NCBI GenBank assembly: GCA_040285855.1
Contig: JAUFOQ010000016.1
Span: 744,001-808,000 of the forward strand
DNA length: 64,000 nt
Source of the DNA: Eukaryota sp. GEM-RC1
Taxonomy: Eukaryota
Direction: 5' to 3'
Shown here: positions 50,537 through 62,860 of the stretch, piece by piece
How the letters are laid out: every line of letters starts with the position of its first letter
Numbering within the stretch: position 1 is the stretch's first letter
Made by a program: the position numbers and the translations under genes
Notes under the pieces: model-generated
What the model was told of the DNA's origin: nothing
The model's database searches: none
Seen by the model: only the letters and a program-made list of their open reading frames with translations

Positions 50537-50694
50537 TCTTTTTGTTTATTGTTAAAGAAGATTCTGTCTATGTTTTTTTGTTGAAGTCATGATGTATTGT
50601 CGAAGAAAACAATGCAAAATCAAAATAGTAACATGGCATTACAAAGCAATCATACAGAAACAAACCGAATTCTGAATTTATTAGATAAATCATC

Positions 50695-51897
50695 TTAATC
50701 CAATTCCAAACCTCTTTCTTCTTTATCTTTTAAATGTGTTAATCTACCAGCATATTGACAGTGTATCACAAAAGCTTGTGATAAAATCTCCTCAAACAAG
50801 GTCAAAGGCCAATGACTAGAGACTGACTTTAAGTCTTGGAGATACATTATAGCAGTAGGGAAGTCCATAGCTAATAGATCTGTCTTAAGATGCTGAATCA
50901 CAGCCACACAAACACAAATATGAAAAGTCAAAAAGTTATCTTCACTCAGATACGTGTCCACTAGTCTCAAAATGAACTCATAAGGAAGTTCTCGAAACAA
51001 TAAACAACTCATCCACCTAAAACCAAAGTACTGGTAATCTAAACCAATGGCTTTAAAGTGGGCATGAATCTCTGTTGAATTGCTTTTTAGAATATAATCC
51101 ATACACTTTACCATAAACTGAAACTCCCTATTACCGTCAATGTAACAAGACTGTAGCTTATCCATGAACTTCTCAAACATCGAATAAAGGTCAGCCTCCA
51201 CATTGTCAAGAGTGTCATCACTAAGATTATCAACTGAGTAATGAGGGAAAGACTCTGGCGAAGTCTGATGTGGATATAGGAGAGTTAAGAGAAAAGGTAG
51301 GACAAGGTCGTTCATTCCTTGAACATAGCCAGCAGCAGGATGACGGATGGCCCATAGAAGGAGAATGTTACTGAGCATTAGATATACACGTGGGTGCTGT
51401 ATGAATTGAAGATCTGTTGCTGTCCTGGGTAAATCCACAGCTATTTGGTGAATTGTTTTAGGATCTTGAGAGGCTAGAGAGTGTTTGAGGGATGACGCGT
51501 AGTACTTCCTCCGTTTCCCAGTAAAAGTTGTGTGTCTTTTGGAACTGTCAAGGTGTGAGCAGCCTAGTAGAAGTGGCCAGACATCACAGCGAAGTTCTAT
51601 GGGCACACCACTCCACGATAGTTGCCTCAGACGATCCAGAGAGCACAATGGTGCAGTTAGTAGGGACCTAAAGGATGCTTTGCGATTTTCTAGATATGAT
51701 ATGATAGTGGCTTTATTTACGGCTAATGGAGGCTGAGATTCAACATGATGGGTGTCAGCAGAGGATGTATCTGTTAGAGGAGGTTTGGGTTCTCTCTTTG
51801 TAGAAGAAACACCATTTGAAGAAAGAAGAGATGGTGAATTGCTCAAAACAGATGAAGTAAGCTTTACTTTGGTGGGTCCCCAGCGTAAGTTAAACAT
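50695..51897 (-). CDS. TBC1D22/Gyp1-like Rab GAP
   Basis: LRQLSWSGVP..LR..VW; QIAVDLPRT; WAIRHPAAGYVQGMNDL; FGFRWMSCLLFRE. Confidence 0.93.
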   Translation of the reverse strand: MFNLRWGPTKVKLTSSVLSNSPSLLSSNGVSSTKREPKPPLTDTSSADTHHVESQPPLAVNKATIISYLENRKASFRSLLTAPLCSLDRLRQLSWSGVPIELRCDVWPLLLGCSHLDSSKRHTTFTGKRRKYYASSLKHSLASQDPKTIHQIAVDLPRTATDLQFIQHPRVYLMLSNILLLWAIRHPAAGYVQGMNDLVLPFLLTLLYPHQTSPESFPHYSVDNLSDDTLDNVEADLYSMFEKFMDKLQSCYIDGNREFQFMVKCMDYILKSNSTEIHAHFKAIGLDYQYFGFRWMSCLLFRELPYEFILRLVDTYLSEDNFLTFHICVCVAVIQHLKTDLLAMDFPTAIMYLQDLKSVSSHWPLTLFEEILSQAFVIHCQYAGRLTHLKDKEERGLELD

Positions 51898-52403
51898 AGG
51901 TCATAGAAATGATACGGAATGTCTTTATTCAGACAAAATTGACTATGTCCATTCATTTTGTCTGACATTCGGTTTTAGAATCTGGGAAATACTGAGTCCA
52001 GTTGTCAAAAGATGCCAAGGATAGTATTTTCAAGGCTTGATTTATATTTAATCTGCAACTTTCCGAATTCCATTTGTAAATCATTGCTGGTTTATAAGTA
52101 AAATTCGCAAACGAGAAATATTAACAACATCGGAGGCAAAAACCGAGTACGCATCATAATATTTCTCTTAAAACAATGGGTTTGAAAGTCAACTCATTCT
52201 CGTTGAGCGGGCCTTTATAGTTGAAGAGAAATAATCCCAAGTGAGTGTGTATGAAGCGTAAACGGATGGATGATTGCACAAATGGAACAAAAGTCACAAC
52301 GATAAACAAAAATCTTGATACATTCACAATCACAACAGAGTCACAACTATTTACTAACAAATCAAAAATACAAATATAACAAGAAACAATCACGTGTAAC
52401 ACC

Positions 52404-55261
52404 TTAAGAACACACTCTCCAAAACACTAATACTACACCCCTTTCTTTTGCTCCTCGGTGACCACCTGGGAAGGGCTGACGAACATGAGGTGCATGGGAC
52501 AAAAGCTGATTGAGCAGCAACTCTAGACTAGAAACCTTGGCTTCATACCCAGAAATAATACTTGATTGAGTTTCAACAATGGATTTTAAATCATTGATTT
52601 GGTTTTGTTGGAAAAATGCTACAGAAGCAAAGTTATCAACATGTAAATTTTTAATAAAATCCACCAACCGCTCATCATTTTTCAAAACTTTCAAAATATT
52701 CAAAACTTCAACAGGATCAGTTCTTGATAAATCAATCGAAAGTACACATAACTTAAGTTCATCAATTGTCCATAATTGATTGTTCTCCAACCCACCAAAT
52801 ATTTCAATTAATTTCTGAGACAACCAAATACTGTGTGACTCAGAAAACTGCTTTGCTAACAATTTAAAACACATGGGAGACAAATGGTCAATCACAACGT
52901 CATTCAAAGCAGACGAAGGAATAACTGAAGTAAATATATCTACACAATGATTAAGTTCTCGAGGAAATCTGCCTTGATGTTTATCGAAAGCTTGAAGACA
53001 CCAAAGGTAGGATTCTTTTGGAATATTTGAAATATGAATAATGTCTGAAAATATGGAAAAACACCACTTCATTAAAATTTCCTCAAAATTTTGAATTTTA
53101 AAAACAGGAGATAATTCATCAAACAGTCGGGGATAATCTTTTCGGTAATGTTAACAAGTTTTAAAACCGCACCAAGCTTCTCTGCTTCAATCGCAGAGGC
53201 AATACTAGTTTGAACAAGACAACGGAGGAGCCACCAATTATCTATGACAGGAAACAATAGATCTAACAATTCAGGAATTAAACGAATTGGTGGAAATGAA
53301 ATGGATGAAGGCAAACCTCTGAACAAATTAATATGAGTATTAATAAAGTTAATAAGTCTTCGCTCGTTTGCAGTAGTTAGCAGGAAGTTCAAATCAGAAG
53401 CAGTAAATCTGTACTCACTCAAGAACTTGTCACACGCAGAATTGAGCTCAGGAACGTCGAAATACGTGGCTAATTGATGGAAGCTCAAAAGGTTGGAAAC
53501 TGTTAACGTGATTGATTCACAGATAAAGAGACCAATAAATTCAACAAAGATTTCTTCTTCCACTCCATAAAACTCATCGTTATACTCAAAACGCCGCACT
53601 GAAGCATCAGAAAATCCAGAATTAAATGAGTTTTGAAAGAATTTAGAAAGACAACTCAACAACAAGGAATTGATAGGAATTTCAGCTCCTTTATACTTTA
53701 AAACAACGTCCCTGGGAGCTTTACTGAAGAACTCTTGGCAAATGACAGTCGAATCAAACTGGAACTCAGTATCTGTCAAACCCCGTCTAAGTTGTGATTG
53801 AATAAAGCTCTGCAACTGAGTGATTTTGAGCTTATCAGCAATAGTTGTAACATTATGAAAGTTATCCGGACTGCAAGAAATAGGAGATCCGTAAAAAGCA
53901 TTCATAACAGAGAAGAAGAGAGATGAATCTTCAAGAAGTTGTTCGAGAAAATTAAAGTTTTTTAAATTAAGAGAACGATTTGTCTCAGTCTTTAAAACTT
54001 CACTAAACAGCGAAATCATGTACGAATGATAGTGATTCGTTTGATCACAGAAGGTAATTGTAGTATCAACTAACTGTCTTGCTTCTCTGGCATCTCTAAA
54101 GCAAGAACATAGATGAGAAGTAGAAAAGAAGAAAGAATGAGATCTGGTAAAATCAACAACTGATGCAGAGGGATGAGGTGGTGGTGATGACGTGACAGGA
54201 AGTTCGAGGGGAGAAACAGGGTCAAAAAGAGATGCAGGCAAAGGACAATTCCAAAGAACAAACCCAGGTTTCTTGTCAGATGTTTCACTGTACGAGGCAT
54301 AGAAATAAGCCAAAGTATTCCCCAAAACAATTGGATTAGAAGGATGTATATCCGAAGGGTTTTTGAAGAGCATAGCTCTGGGATTGTGTACGCCATCCAT
54401 TCTTCCAATAACTAACTGTGAGCCACTGTGGAGAGTGAAGAAGGAGTCATGCGAAGAATGGAAGATCCATGGAGATGCAGTGGAGGGAAGATTGATACGA
54501 TAGAGTATCTGTAGAGAAGTAGTGAGAAAGATCAACTCAGAGGAGGTTGTGACACCAAGAAGTTCGTCAACAACATAAGAGACAGATACAATGTCTGAGC
54601 GAGATAAACTTCTTAGTTGTTGTAGGTTGTGATCAAATATACGGAGACCATCATCTGTTAAAACAGTGAGAGTGGTGGGAGAGGCAGAGATGCTTCGGAT
54701 ACGGACACAACTCAAATTTGAAACGTTATTAGACAAGAAAGGTTCATTTGATGGGATAAGGGGCAAGATAACATCCTGGGAAGCAAGTATCTGGCCAGAT
54801 CCAAGGAAAACTCGGCAACGGGAAGAAGAAGACGCAATGCAACCAACTGGCTGAACTACCGGTGATCTATAGGTGGACTTATGACAAGCATGAACTACAG
54901 GTTGAGGTGTTGAAGTTGAAGTTCCGATCTCGTACAGGATAAAACTGTCTGGATAGAAGAGTGCAAAAATGGAACTATCATAACTAGTAGAACCAAGAGC
55001 AAGACTCTCAGGAGAAACGAGATCGTGAGACAAGAAAACTTTGCTGTACGGGGGAGTTTCGACGTCGATGCGACACAAACGGTAGATAGTTTGGTTCTTC
55101 TTGACTGTAGGGTAAACTACTAGTCCACGAGCAGCACGACAAACCCACGGAGTTTGGAAGTCTTTGAGGGATCGTCCGCTTTTAGATTCAAAACTGTTTT
55201 CGATACTGAAGGAATCTGTCAGATCACAAGCGCTGAATCTGAGGGATTGAGAACTGGTCAT
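52404..55261 (-). CDS. Beta-rich N-terminus + tandem BTB protein (frameshift at ~53110)
   Basis: DTTITF...ISLFSEVL; DVVLKYKG...LLSCLSKFFQNSF...LATYFDVPEL...C; WWLLRCL motif shared with the 3286-5809 protein. Confidence 0.75.
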
Positions 55262-55309
55262 TCGAATTCAAGAGAAGGAGGGGAAAATTTGAAATTTAGG
55301 ATCAACCTA

Positions 55310-55830
55310 GACTAGTACAAACTTCCTCATTATTTGAAATGCAAATGTGGGCAATCTGTAACACCTACACATTTATTAAAGTGTAACCGTTTTATTTCTT
55401 TTAGAAGTAAGGTTCATGATTCAGTAAGGGATCAATTATATTGTCTGTAAATCTTATGGAATAGTTTCCTTTTAGAAACAGTTCTGGCTGGTGTGCTTGA
55501 AGATACGGATGTTTACAAATGATTGGAAATAGCCGTGGTGATGGAAAATATGGTGACCAGTGATGGATCTTTCATTATTGTATTAATGATTCCAACAAGA
55601 AACTTGCTAAATCTAATGCTAAAAACCCTCTGTTGAATGCTGAAGAATTCAAAATGGAAAAATATTGTGCTAAATTGAAACTATTGAATTCGGTTTCACA
55701 CTCTGTTGGACCCATTTGTATTTTCACTGCACGGTTCTTTAGGTGAATCTGCAACATCATTACTTGAAATCTTTGTGAAGATTGAAAACATTTAGGACTC
55801 TTGATCTTAGATTTTGGAAAAAATCTAAAT
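55310..55830 (+). mobile_element. Non-LTR retrotransposon remnant (CRE/R2-like)
   Basis: LPHYLKCKCGQSVTPTHLLKCNRFISFRSKVHDSVRDQL; RGD; NAEEFKMEKY. Confidence 0.7.
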
Positions 55831-56031
55831 CTATTAGATGTGTGTACACTCTAGTGGTGTTGTTAATAAATAAATAGAAAGTCAAAAAAACAGCTTAAAT
55901 GATGAAACGATATCGACCTTGTGCTAATAGACTACGTGTACCCATAGTTGGCGCCCAAAACCTAAGTTGGAGATAACCAATAGTTTACGTTGATGCTTCT
56001 GTACAATTGTATTCAATTCTCGAATCTAATG

Positions 56032-56096
56032 CACCGATTGTTTTCAATTAGTCTCACTGAGGCAAAAAATTCTAGTGAGAGTAATTACAAATAGTC
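56032..56096. repeat. Truncated end of the CACC-MITE family
   Basis: caccgattgttttcaattagtctcactgag...tctagtgagagtaattacaaatagtc. Confidence 0.75.
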
Positions 56097-56153
56097 AGTA
56101 GTATTGGTATTGTAAATCCAACATAGATTTATTAACAAAAAAATTTACAAAAC

Positions 56154-57343
56154 TCATTCCAATTGACCCCAAACTCCGAAATCACGATCAGGAAACAAGC
56201 TAGGAGCAATCGACGAATACACGTGTAATAGAAAACACGCAACAAACGACAGAATCTTCACTATAAAAGCAGTATTCCCAAACCCAAACCTCATACTAGG
56301 ATCCCCACCATCAAACTGCCAATTCGACAACAACATTGCAGCATACGAAGCCGACACAATCATCGTCATATTAAAAAGCCCATAACTATACGGTGGATTC
56401 TCACTCTCAGCTTCTTTTCCCTCTCCCTCACTGACATCACTCTGAGCTTCAACATCAGCCATGGTTCCTTTGCCTACAGGTTTAAGGGAAGTGGCTTCAC
56501 TGATTTTAGCAGAGTTGTAGGAGGTGTTAACGCAAGAGTAAGCAATGGTGATGACAGCAATGACAACGGAGGTATAAAACGCAGCCTTGTTACCAGTTTC
56601 GTCGTTATACCACGGGTTACAATCGGTATCGTCAAGGGCAGCCATTGCAGAGAAGTTGAGGAAGGAGAGGTAGACGACGGAGACTCCGGCAGCGAATATA
56701 GAACTGGTGGGAGAGAATATCGAACAGAGAACACAAACGACGGAGCAAATGATTGAGATGATGTAGAGAGACGTCAACTTGGGGCAGGACTCATAGACGT
56801 TCATAAGGAAGACTGTGAAGACTAGGGAGCCCATGATCATCAATATGGAGACGATAGCGTTGAAGGCAAAGTGTTTAGAAGACCCAAACTCAGATTCCTC
56901 TTCTTCAGCTTTTTGAACCCATGCGGAATTGATAGTGTAGCCGAAATCAATGAGGTAAATGATGGAACAAAAAGGAAGAATCCACCCAGGAACTGCGAAA
57001 TACGGCCGTAGAACAGAAACAACGAATCGGGGAGCATAAAGGTAATTAGGAAGAGAACAAGAACGAGAAAGGACTTTAAGCACCAATGACCAGATTGAAG
57101 GGATGGAGTGGCAGCAACAAAGCCAGCTAAAAGGGAATAGAACAAGGCTATGGCGAAGAAAACACGAAAAACGACAAGAGGAGAGAACAGATCTTCATCA
57201 ATGATGGGAATCTTTTGAGAACGTAGAACTAGAGCAGCAAGCAAAGCGACTATAAGTATGACGCAATAACCAATACGTTCTGTACCCTTGGGTCCTTGAA
57301 TGGTGGGCGTTTTGCAGCAGCAGCATAGTAGTGACAAACACAT
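56154..57343 (-). CDS. SERINC/TMS1 serine incorporator family membrane protein; frameshift at ~56970
   Basis: Cys-rich N-terminus; LQSGHWCLK; LIDF...W; PYSYGLF...ASYAAMLLSNW; IAPSLFPDRDF. Confidence 0.92.
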
Positions 57344-57366
57344 AAGAAAAAAAGTTCACTCTTTTG

Positions 57367-60300
57367 ATGGTAATTCCTGGACTTGATCAACTAGGTTCAT
57401 CAGATCAAGAGATATCTCATCTACGGAAAACTAATGAAGCTCTCCGAAAGGAAATCGATGAGCTTGTGGAACATTCCAGTCTTCGTGACCAGCAACAAGA
57501 GTCTCTTATATCATCTCTTCAATCTGAACTTATCAAGTTTAAATCTGATATCGCCAATTCTCATTCTCAAACAGAGGCATTTAATGAAGCTGTGGCAGAG
57601 TTACATTCTGAAGTCAGTAATTATAAGAAACAGTTATCTGATATGAAGGAAAGTTATTCTCTTGAACAGGAAAAATCTAATCAATTATTGGCTGAATTGA
57701 ATCAATTAAAAGAACAATTGGAGTTTGTTAATCACAATTATAGTTCTGAATCTACGCAACTGTCAACAGAGTTGTCCAATTTGAAGGAAAGTTACTCTCT
57801 TGAACAAGAAAAATCTAATCAATTATTGACTGAATCTAATCAATTAAAAGAACAATTGGAGTTGGTTAATCAAAATTATAGTTCTGAATCTACGCAACTG
57901 TCAACAGAGTTGTCCAATTTGAAGGAAAGTTATTCTCTTGAACAGGAAAAATCTAATCAATTAAAAGAACAATTGGAGTTGGTTAATCAAAATTATAGTT
58001 CTGAATCCACGCAACTGTCAACAGAGTTGTCCAATTTGAAGGAAAGTTATTCTCTTGAACAGGAAAAATCTAATCAATTATTGACTGAATTGAATCAATT
58101 AAGAGAACAATTGGAGTTGGTTAATCACAATTATAGTTCTGAATCTACGCAACTTTCAACAGAGTTGTCCAATTTGAAGGAAAGTTATTCTCTTGAACAA
58201 GAAAAATCTAATCAGTTAAAAGAACAATTGGAGTTGGTTAATCAAAATTATAGTTCTGAATCCACGCAACTGTCAACAGAGTTGTCCAATTTGAAGGAAA
58301 GTTATTCTCTTGAACAGGAAAAATCTAATCAATTAAAAGAACAATTGGAGTTGGTTAATCAAAATTATAGTTCTGAATCCACGCAACTGTCAACAGAGTT
58401 GTCCAATTTGAAGGAAAGTTATTCTCTTGAACATGAAAAATCTAATCAATTAAAAGAACAATTGGAGTTGGTTAATCAAAATTGTAGTTCTGAATCCACG
58501 CAACTGTCAACAGAGTTGTCCAATTTGAAGGAAAGTTATTCTCTTGAACAGGAAAAATCTAATCAATTATTGACTGAAATGAATCAATTAAAAGAACAAT
58601 TGGAGTTGGTTAATCAAAATTATAGTTCTGAATCCACGCAACTGTCAACAGAGTTGTCCAATTTGAAGGAAAGTTATTCTCTTGAACAGGAAAAATCTAA
58701 TCAATTAAAAGAACAATTGGAGTTGGTTAATCAAAATTATAGTTCTGAATCCACGCAACTGTCAACAGAGTTGTCCAATTTGAAGGAAAGTTATTCTCTT
58801 GAACAGGAAAAATCTAATCAATTAAAAGAACAATTGGAGTTGGTTAATCAAAATTATAGTTCTGAATCCACGCAACTGTCAACAGAGTTGTCCAATTTGA
58901 AGGAAAGTTATTCTCTTGAACAGGAAAAATCTAATCAATTATTGACTGAATTGAATCAATTAAAAGAACAATTGGAGTTTGTTAATCAAAATTATAGTTC
59001 TGAATCCACGCAACTGTCAACAGAGTTGTCCAATTTGAAGGAAAGTTATTCTCTTGAACAGGAAAAATCTAATCAATTATTGACTGAATTGAATCAATTA
59101 AGAGAACAATTGGAGTTGGTTAATCACAATTATAGTTCTGAATCTACGCAACTGTCAACAGAGTTGTCCAATTTGAAGGAAAGTTATTCTCTTGAACAGG
59201 AAAAATCTAATCAATTAAAAGAACAATTGGAGTTGGTTAATCAAAATTATAGTTCTGAATCCACACAACTGTCAACAGAGTTGTCCAATTTGAAGGAAAG
59301 TTATTCTCTTGAACAGGAAAAATCCAATCAATTAAAAGAACAATTGGAATTGGTTAATCAAAATTATAGTTCTGAATCCACGCAACTGTCAACAGAGTTG
59401 TCCAATTTGAAGGAAAGTTATTCTCTTGAACAGGAAAAATCTAATCAATTTTTGACTGAATTGAATCAATTAAAAGAACAATTGGAGTTGGTTAATCACA
59501 ATTATAGTTCTGAATCTACCCAACTGTCATCGGAATTATCCGATTTGAAGGAAAGTTATTCTCTTGAACAGGAAAAATCTAATCAATTATTGACTGAGTT
59601 GAATCAATTAAGAGAACAATTGGAGTTGGTTAATCACAATTATAGTTCTGAATCTACGCAACTGTCAACAGAGTTGTCCAATTTGAAGGAAAGTTATTCT
59701 CTTGAACAGGAAAAACCTAATCAATTAAAAAGAACAATTGGAGTTGGTTAATCAAAATTATAGTTCTGCATCCACGCAACTGTCAACAGAGTTGTCCAAT
59801 TTGAAGGAAAGTTATTGTCTCGAACAAGAAAAATCTAATCAATTAAAAGAACAATTGGAGTTGATTAATCAAAATTATAGTTCTGAATCCACGCAACTGT
59901 CAACAGAGTTGTCCAATTTGAAGGAAAGTTATTCTCTTGAACAGGAAAAATCTAATCAATTAAAAGAACAATTGGAGTTGGTTAATCAAAATTATAGTTC
60001 TGAATCCACGCAACTGTCAACAGAGTTGTCCAATTTGAAGGAAAGTTATTCTCTTGAACAGGAAAAATCTAATCAATTATTGACTGAATTGAATCAATTA
60101 AAAGAACAATTGGAGTTTGTTAATCAAAATTATAGTTCTGAATCCACGCAACTGTCAACAGAGTTGTCCAATTTGAAGGAAAGTTATTCTCTTGAACAGG
60201 AAAAATCTAATCAATTATTGACTGAAATGAATCAATTAAAAGAACAATTGGAGTTGGTTAATCACAATTATAGTTCTGAATCTACCCAACTGTCATCGGA

Positions 60301-62860
60301 ATTATCCGATTTGAAGGAAAGTTATTCTCTTGAACAGGAAAAATCTAATCAATTATTGACTGAGTTGAATCAATTAAGAGAACAATTGGAGTTGGTTAAT
60401 CACAATTATAGTTCTGAATCTACGCAACTGTCAACAGAGTTGTCCAATTTGAAGGAAAGTTATTCTCTTGAACAGGAAAAATCTAATCAATTAAAAGAAC
60501 AATTGGAGTTGGTTAATCAAAATTATAGTTCTGCATCCACGCAACTGTCAACAGAGTTGTCCAATTTGAAGGAAAGTTATTGTCTCGAACAAGAAAAATC
60601 TAATCAATTAAAAGAACAATTGGAGTTGATTAATCAAAATTATAGTTCTGAATCCACGCAACTGTCAACAGAGTTGTCCAATTTGAAGGAAAGTTATTCT
60701 CTTGAACAGGAAAAATCTAATCAATTAAAAGAACAATTGGAGTTTGTTAATCAAAATTATAGTTCTGAATCCACGCAACTGTCAACAGAGTTGTCCAATT
60801 TGAAGGAAAGTTATTCTCTTGAACAGGAAAAATCTAATCAATTATTGACTGAAATGAATCAATTAAAAGAACAATTGGAGTTGGTTAATCAAAATTATAG
60901 TTCTGAATCCACGCAACTGTCAACAGAGTTGTCCAATTTGAAGGAAAGTTATTCTCTTGAACAGGAAAAATCTAATCAATTATTGACTGAAATGAATCAA
61001 TTAAAAGAACAATTGGAGTTGGTTAATCAAAATTATAGTTCTGAATCCACGCAACTGTCAACAGAGTTGTCCAATTTGAAGAAAAGTTATTCTCTTGAAC
61101 AGGAAAAATCTAATCAATTTTTGACTGAATTGAATCAATTAAAAGAACAATTGGAGTTGGTTAATCAAAATTGTAGTTCTGAATCCACGCAACTGTCAAC
61201 AGAGTTGTCCAATTTGAAGGAAAGTTATTCTCTTGAACAGGAAAAATCTAATCAATTATTGACTGAAATGAATCAATTAAAAGAACAATTGGAGTTGGTT
61301 AATCAAAATTATAGTTCTGAATCCACGCAACTGTCAACAGAGTTGTCCAATTTGAAGGAAAGTTATTCTCTTGAACAGGAAAAATCTAATCAATTAAAAG
61401 AACAATTGGAGTTGATTAATCAAAATTATAGTTCTGAATCCACGCAACTGTCAACAGAGTTGTCCAATTTGAAGGAAAGTTATTCTCTTGAACAGGAAAA
61501 ATCTAATCAATTAAAAGAACAATTGGAGTTGGTTAATCAAAATTATAGTTCTGAATCCACGCAACTGTCAACAGAGTTGTCCAATTTGAAGGAAAGTTAT
61601 TCTCTTGAACAGGAAAAATCTAATCAATTATTGACTGAATTGAATCAATTAAAAGAACAATTGGAGTTTGTTAATCAAAATTATAGTTCTGAATCCACGC
61701 AACTGTCAACAGAGTTGTCCAATTTGAAGGAAAGTTATTCTCTTGAACAGGAAAAATCTAATCAATTATTGACTGAATTGAATCAATTAAAAGAACAATT
61801 GGAGTTTGTTAATCAAAATTATAGTTCTGAATCCACGCAACTGTCAACAGAGTTGTCCAATTTGAAGGAAAGTTATTCTCTTGAACAGGAAAAATCTAAT
61901 CAATTAAAAGAACAATTGGAGTTGGTTAATCAAAATTATAGTTCTGAATCCACGCAACTGTCAACAGAGTTGTCCAATTTGAAGGAAAGTTATTGTCTCG
62001 AACAAGAAAAATCTAATCAATTAAAAGAACAATTGGAGTTGATTAATCAAAATTATAGTTCTGAATCCACGCAACTGTCAACAGAGTTGTCCAATTTGAA
62101 GGAAAGTTATTCTCTTGAACAGGAAAAATCTAATCAATTAAAAGAAAAATTGGAGTTGGTTAATCAAAATTATAGTTCTGAATCCACGCAACTGTCAACA
62201 GAGTTGTCCAATTTGAAGGAAAGTTATTCTCTTGAACAGGAAAAATCTAATCAATTAAAAGAACAATTGGAGTTGGTTAATCAAAATTATAGTTCTGAAT
62301 CCACGCAACTGTCAACAGAGTTGTCCAATTTGAAGGAAAGTTATTCTCTTGAACAGGAAAAATCTAATCAATTAAAAGAACAATTGGAGTTGGTTAGTCA
62401 AAATTATAGTTCTGAATCCACGCAACTGTCAACAGAGTTGTCCAATTTGAAGGAAAGTTATTCTCTTGAACAGGAAAAATCTAATCAATTATTGACTGAA
62501 TTGAATCAATTAAAAGAACAATTGGAGTTGGTTAATCAAAATTATAGTTCTGAATCCACGCAACTGTCATCAGAGTTGTCCAATTTGAAGGAAAGGTACT
62601 CTCTTGAACAGGAAAAATCTAATCAATTATTGACTGATGACGTTTTGCCACTATTTGGAGAAAAGCTCACTTTAATGACTGAGCTCAATAACCTCCAATC
62701 AATTAACGAATCAGTGTTATCAAAATATTCTTCTCTTCTTGTCAAGTATAAGGAACTTGGTGTATCTTCAAAAGCCGAAAAGGATCGTAATGGACTTCTC
62801 AGAAGAAGACTTGCCAAGAATAGCAGGGAACCTCCAATCAAAATTAAAAAGGTGTCATAG
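57367..62860 (+). CDS. Giant tandem-repeat coiled-coil protein (~1,830 aa); frameshift at ~59727-59731
   Basis: Unique N- and C-termini flanking ~40 units of LKESYSLEQEKSNQ[LLTELNQ]LKEQLELVNQNYSSESTQLSTELSN. Confidence 0.85.
57643..62636 (+). repeat. Coding minisatellite with 117-bp and 138-bp units
   Basis: ttgaaggaaagtt recurs at 57781, 57919 (+138), 58036 (+117) and onward. Confidence 0.97.

Noticed and set aside
3286..59731. Programmed ribosomal frameshifting (Euplotes-like) as the cause of split ORFs
   Set aside because: No common AAA-stop motif; breaks lie in varied homopolymers and go in both directions
57643..62636. Long repeat array as a CRISPR or other non-coding array
   Set aside because: No unique spacers; unit lengths are multiples of 3 and keep an open reading frame
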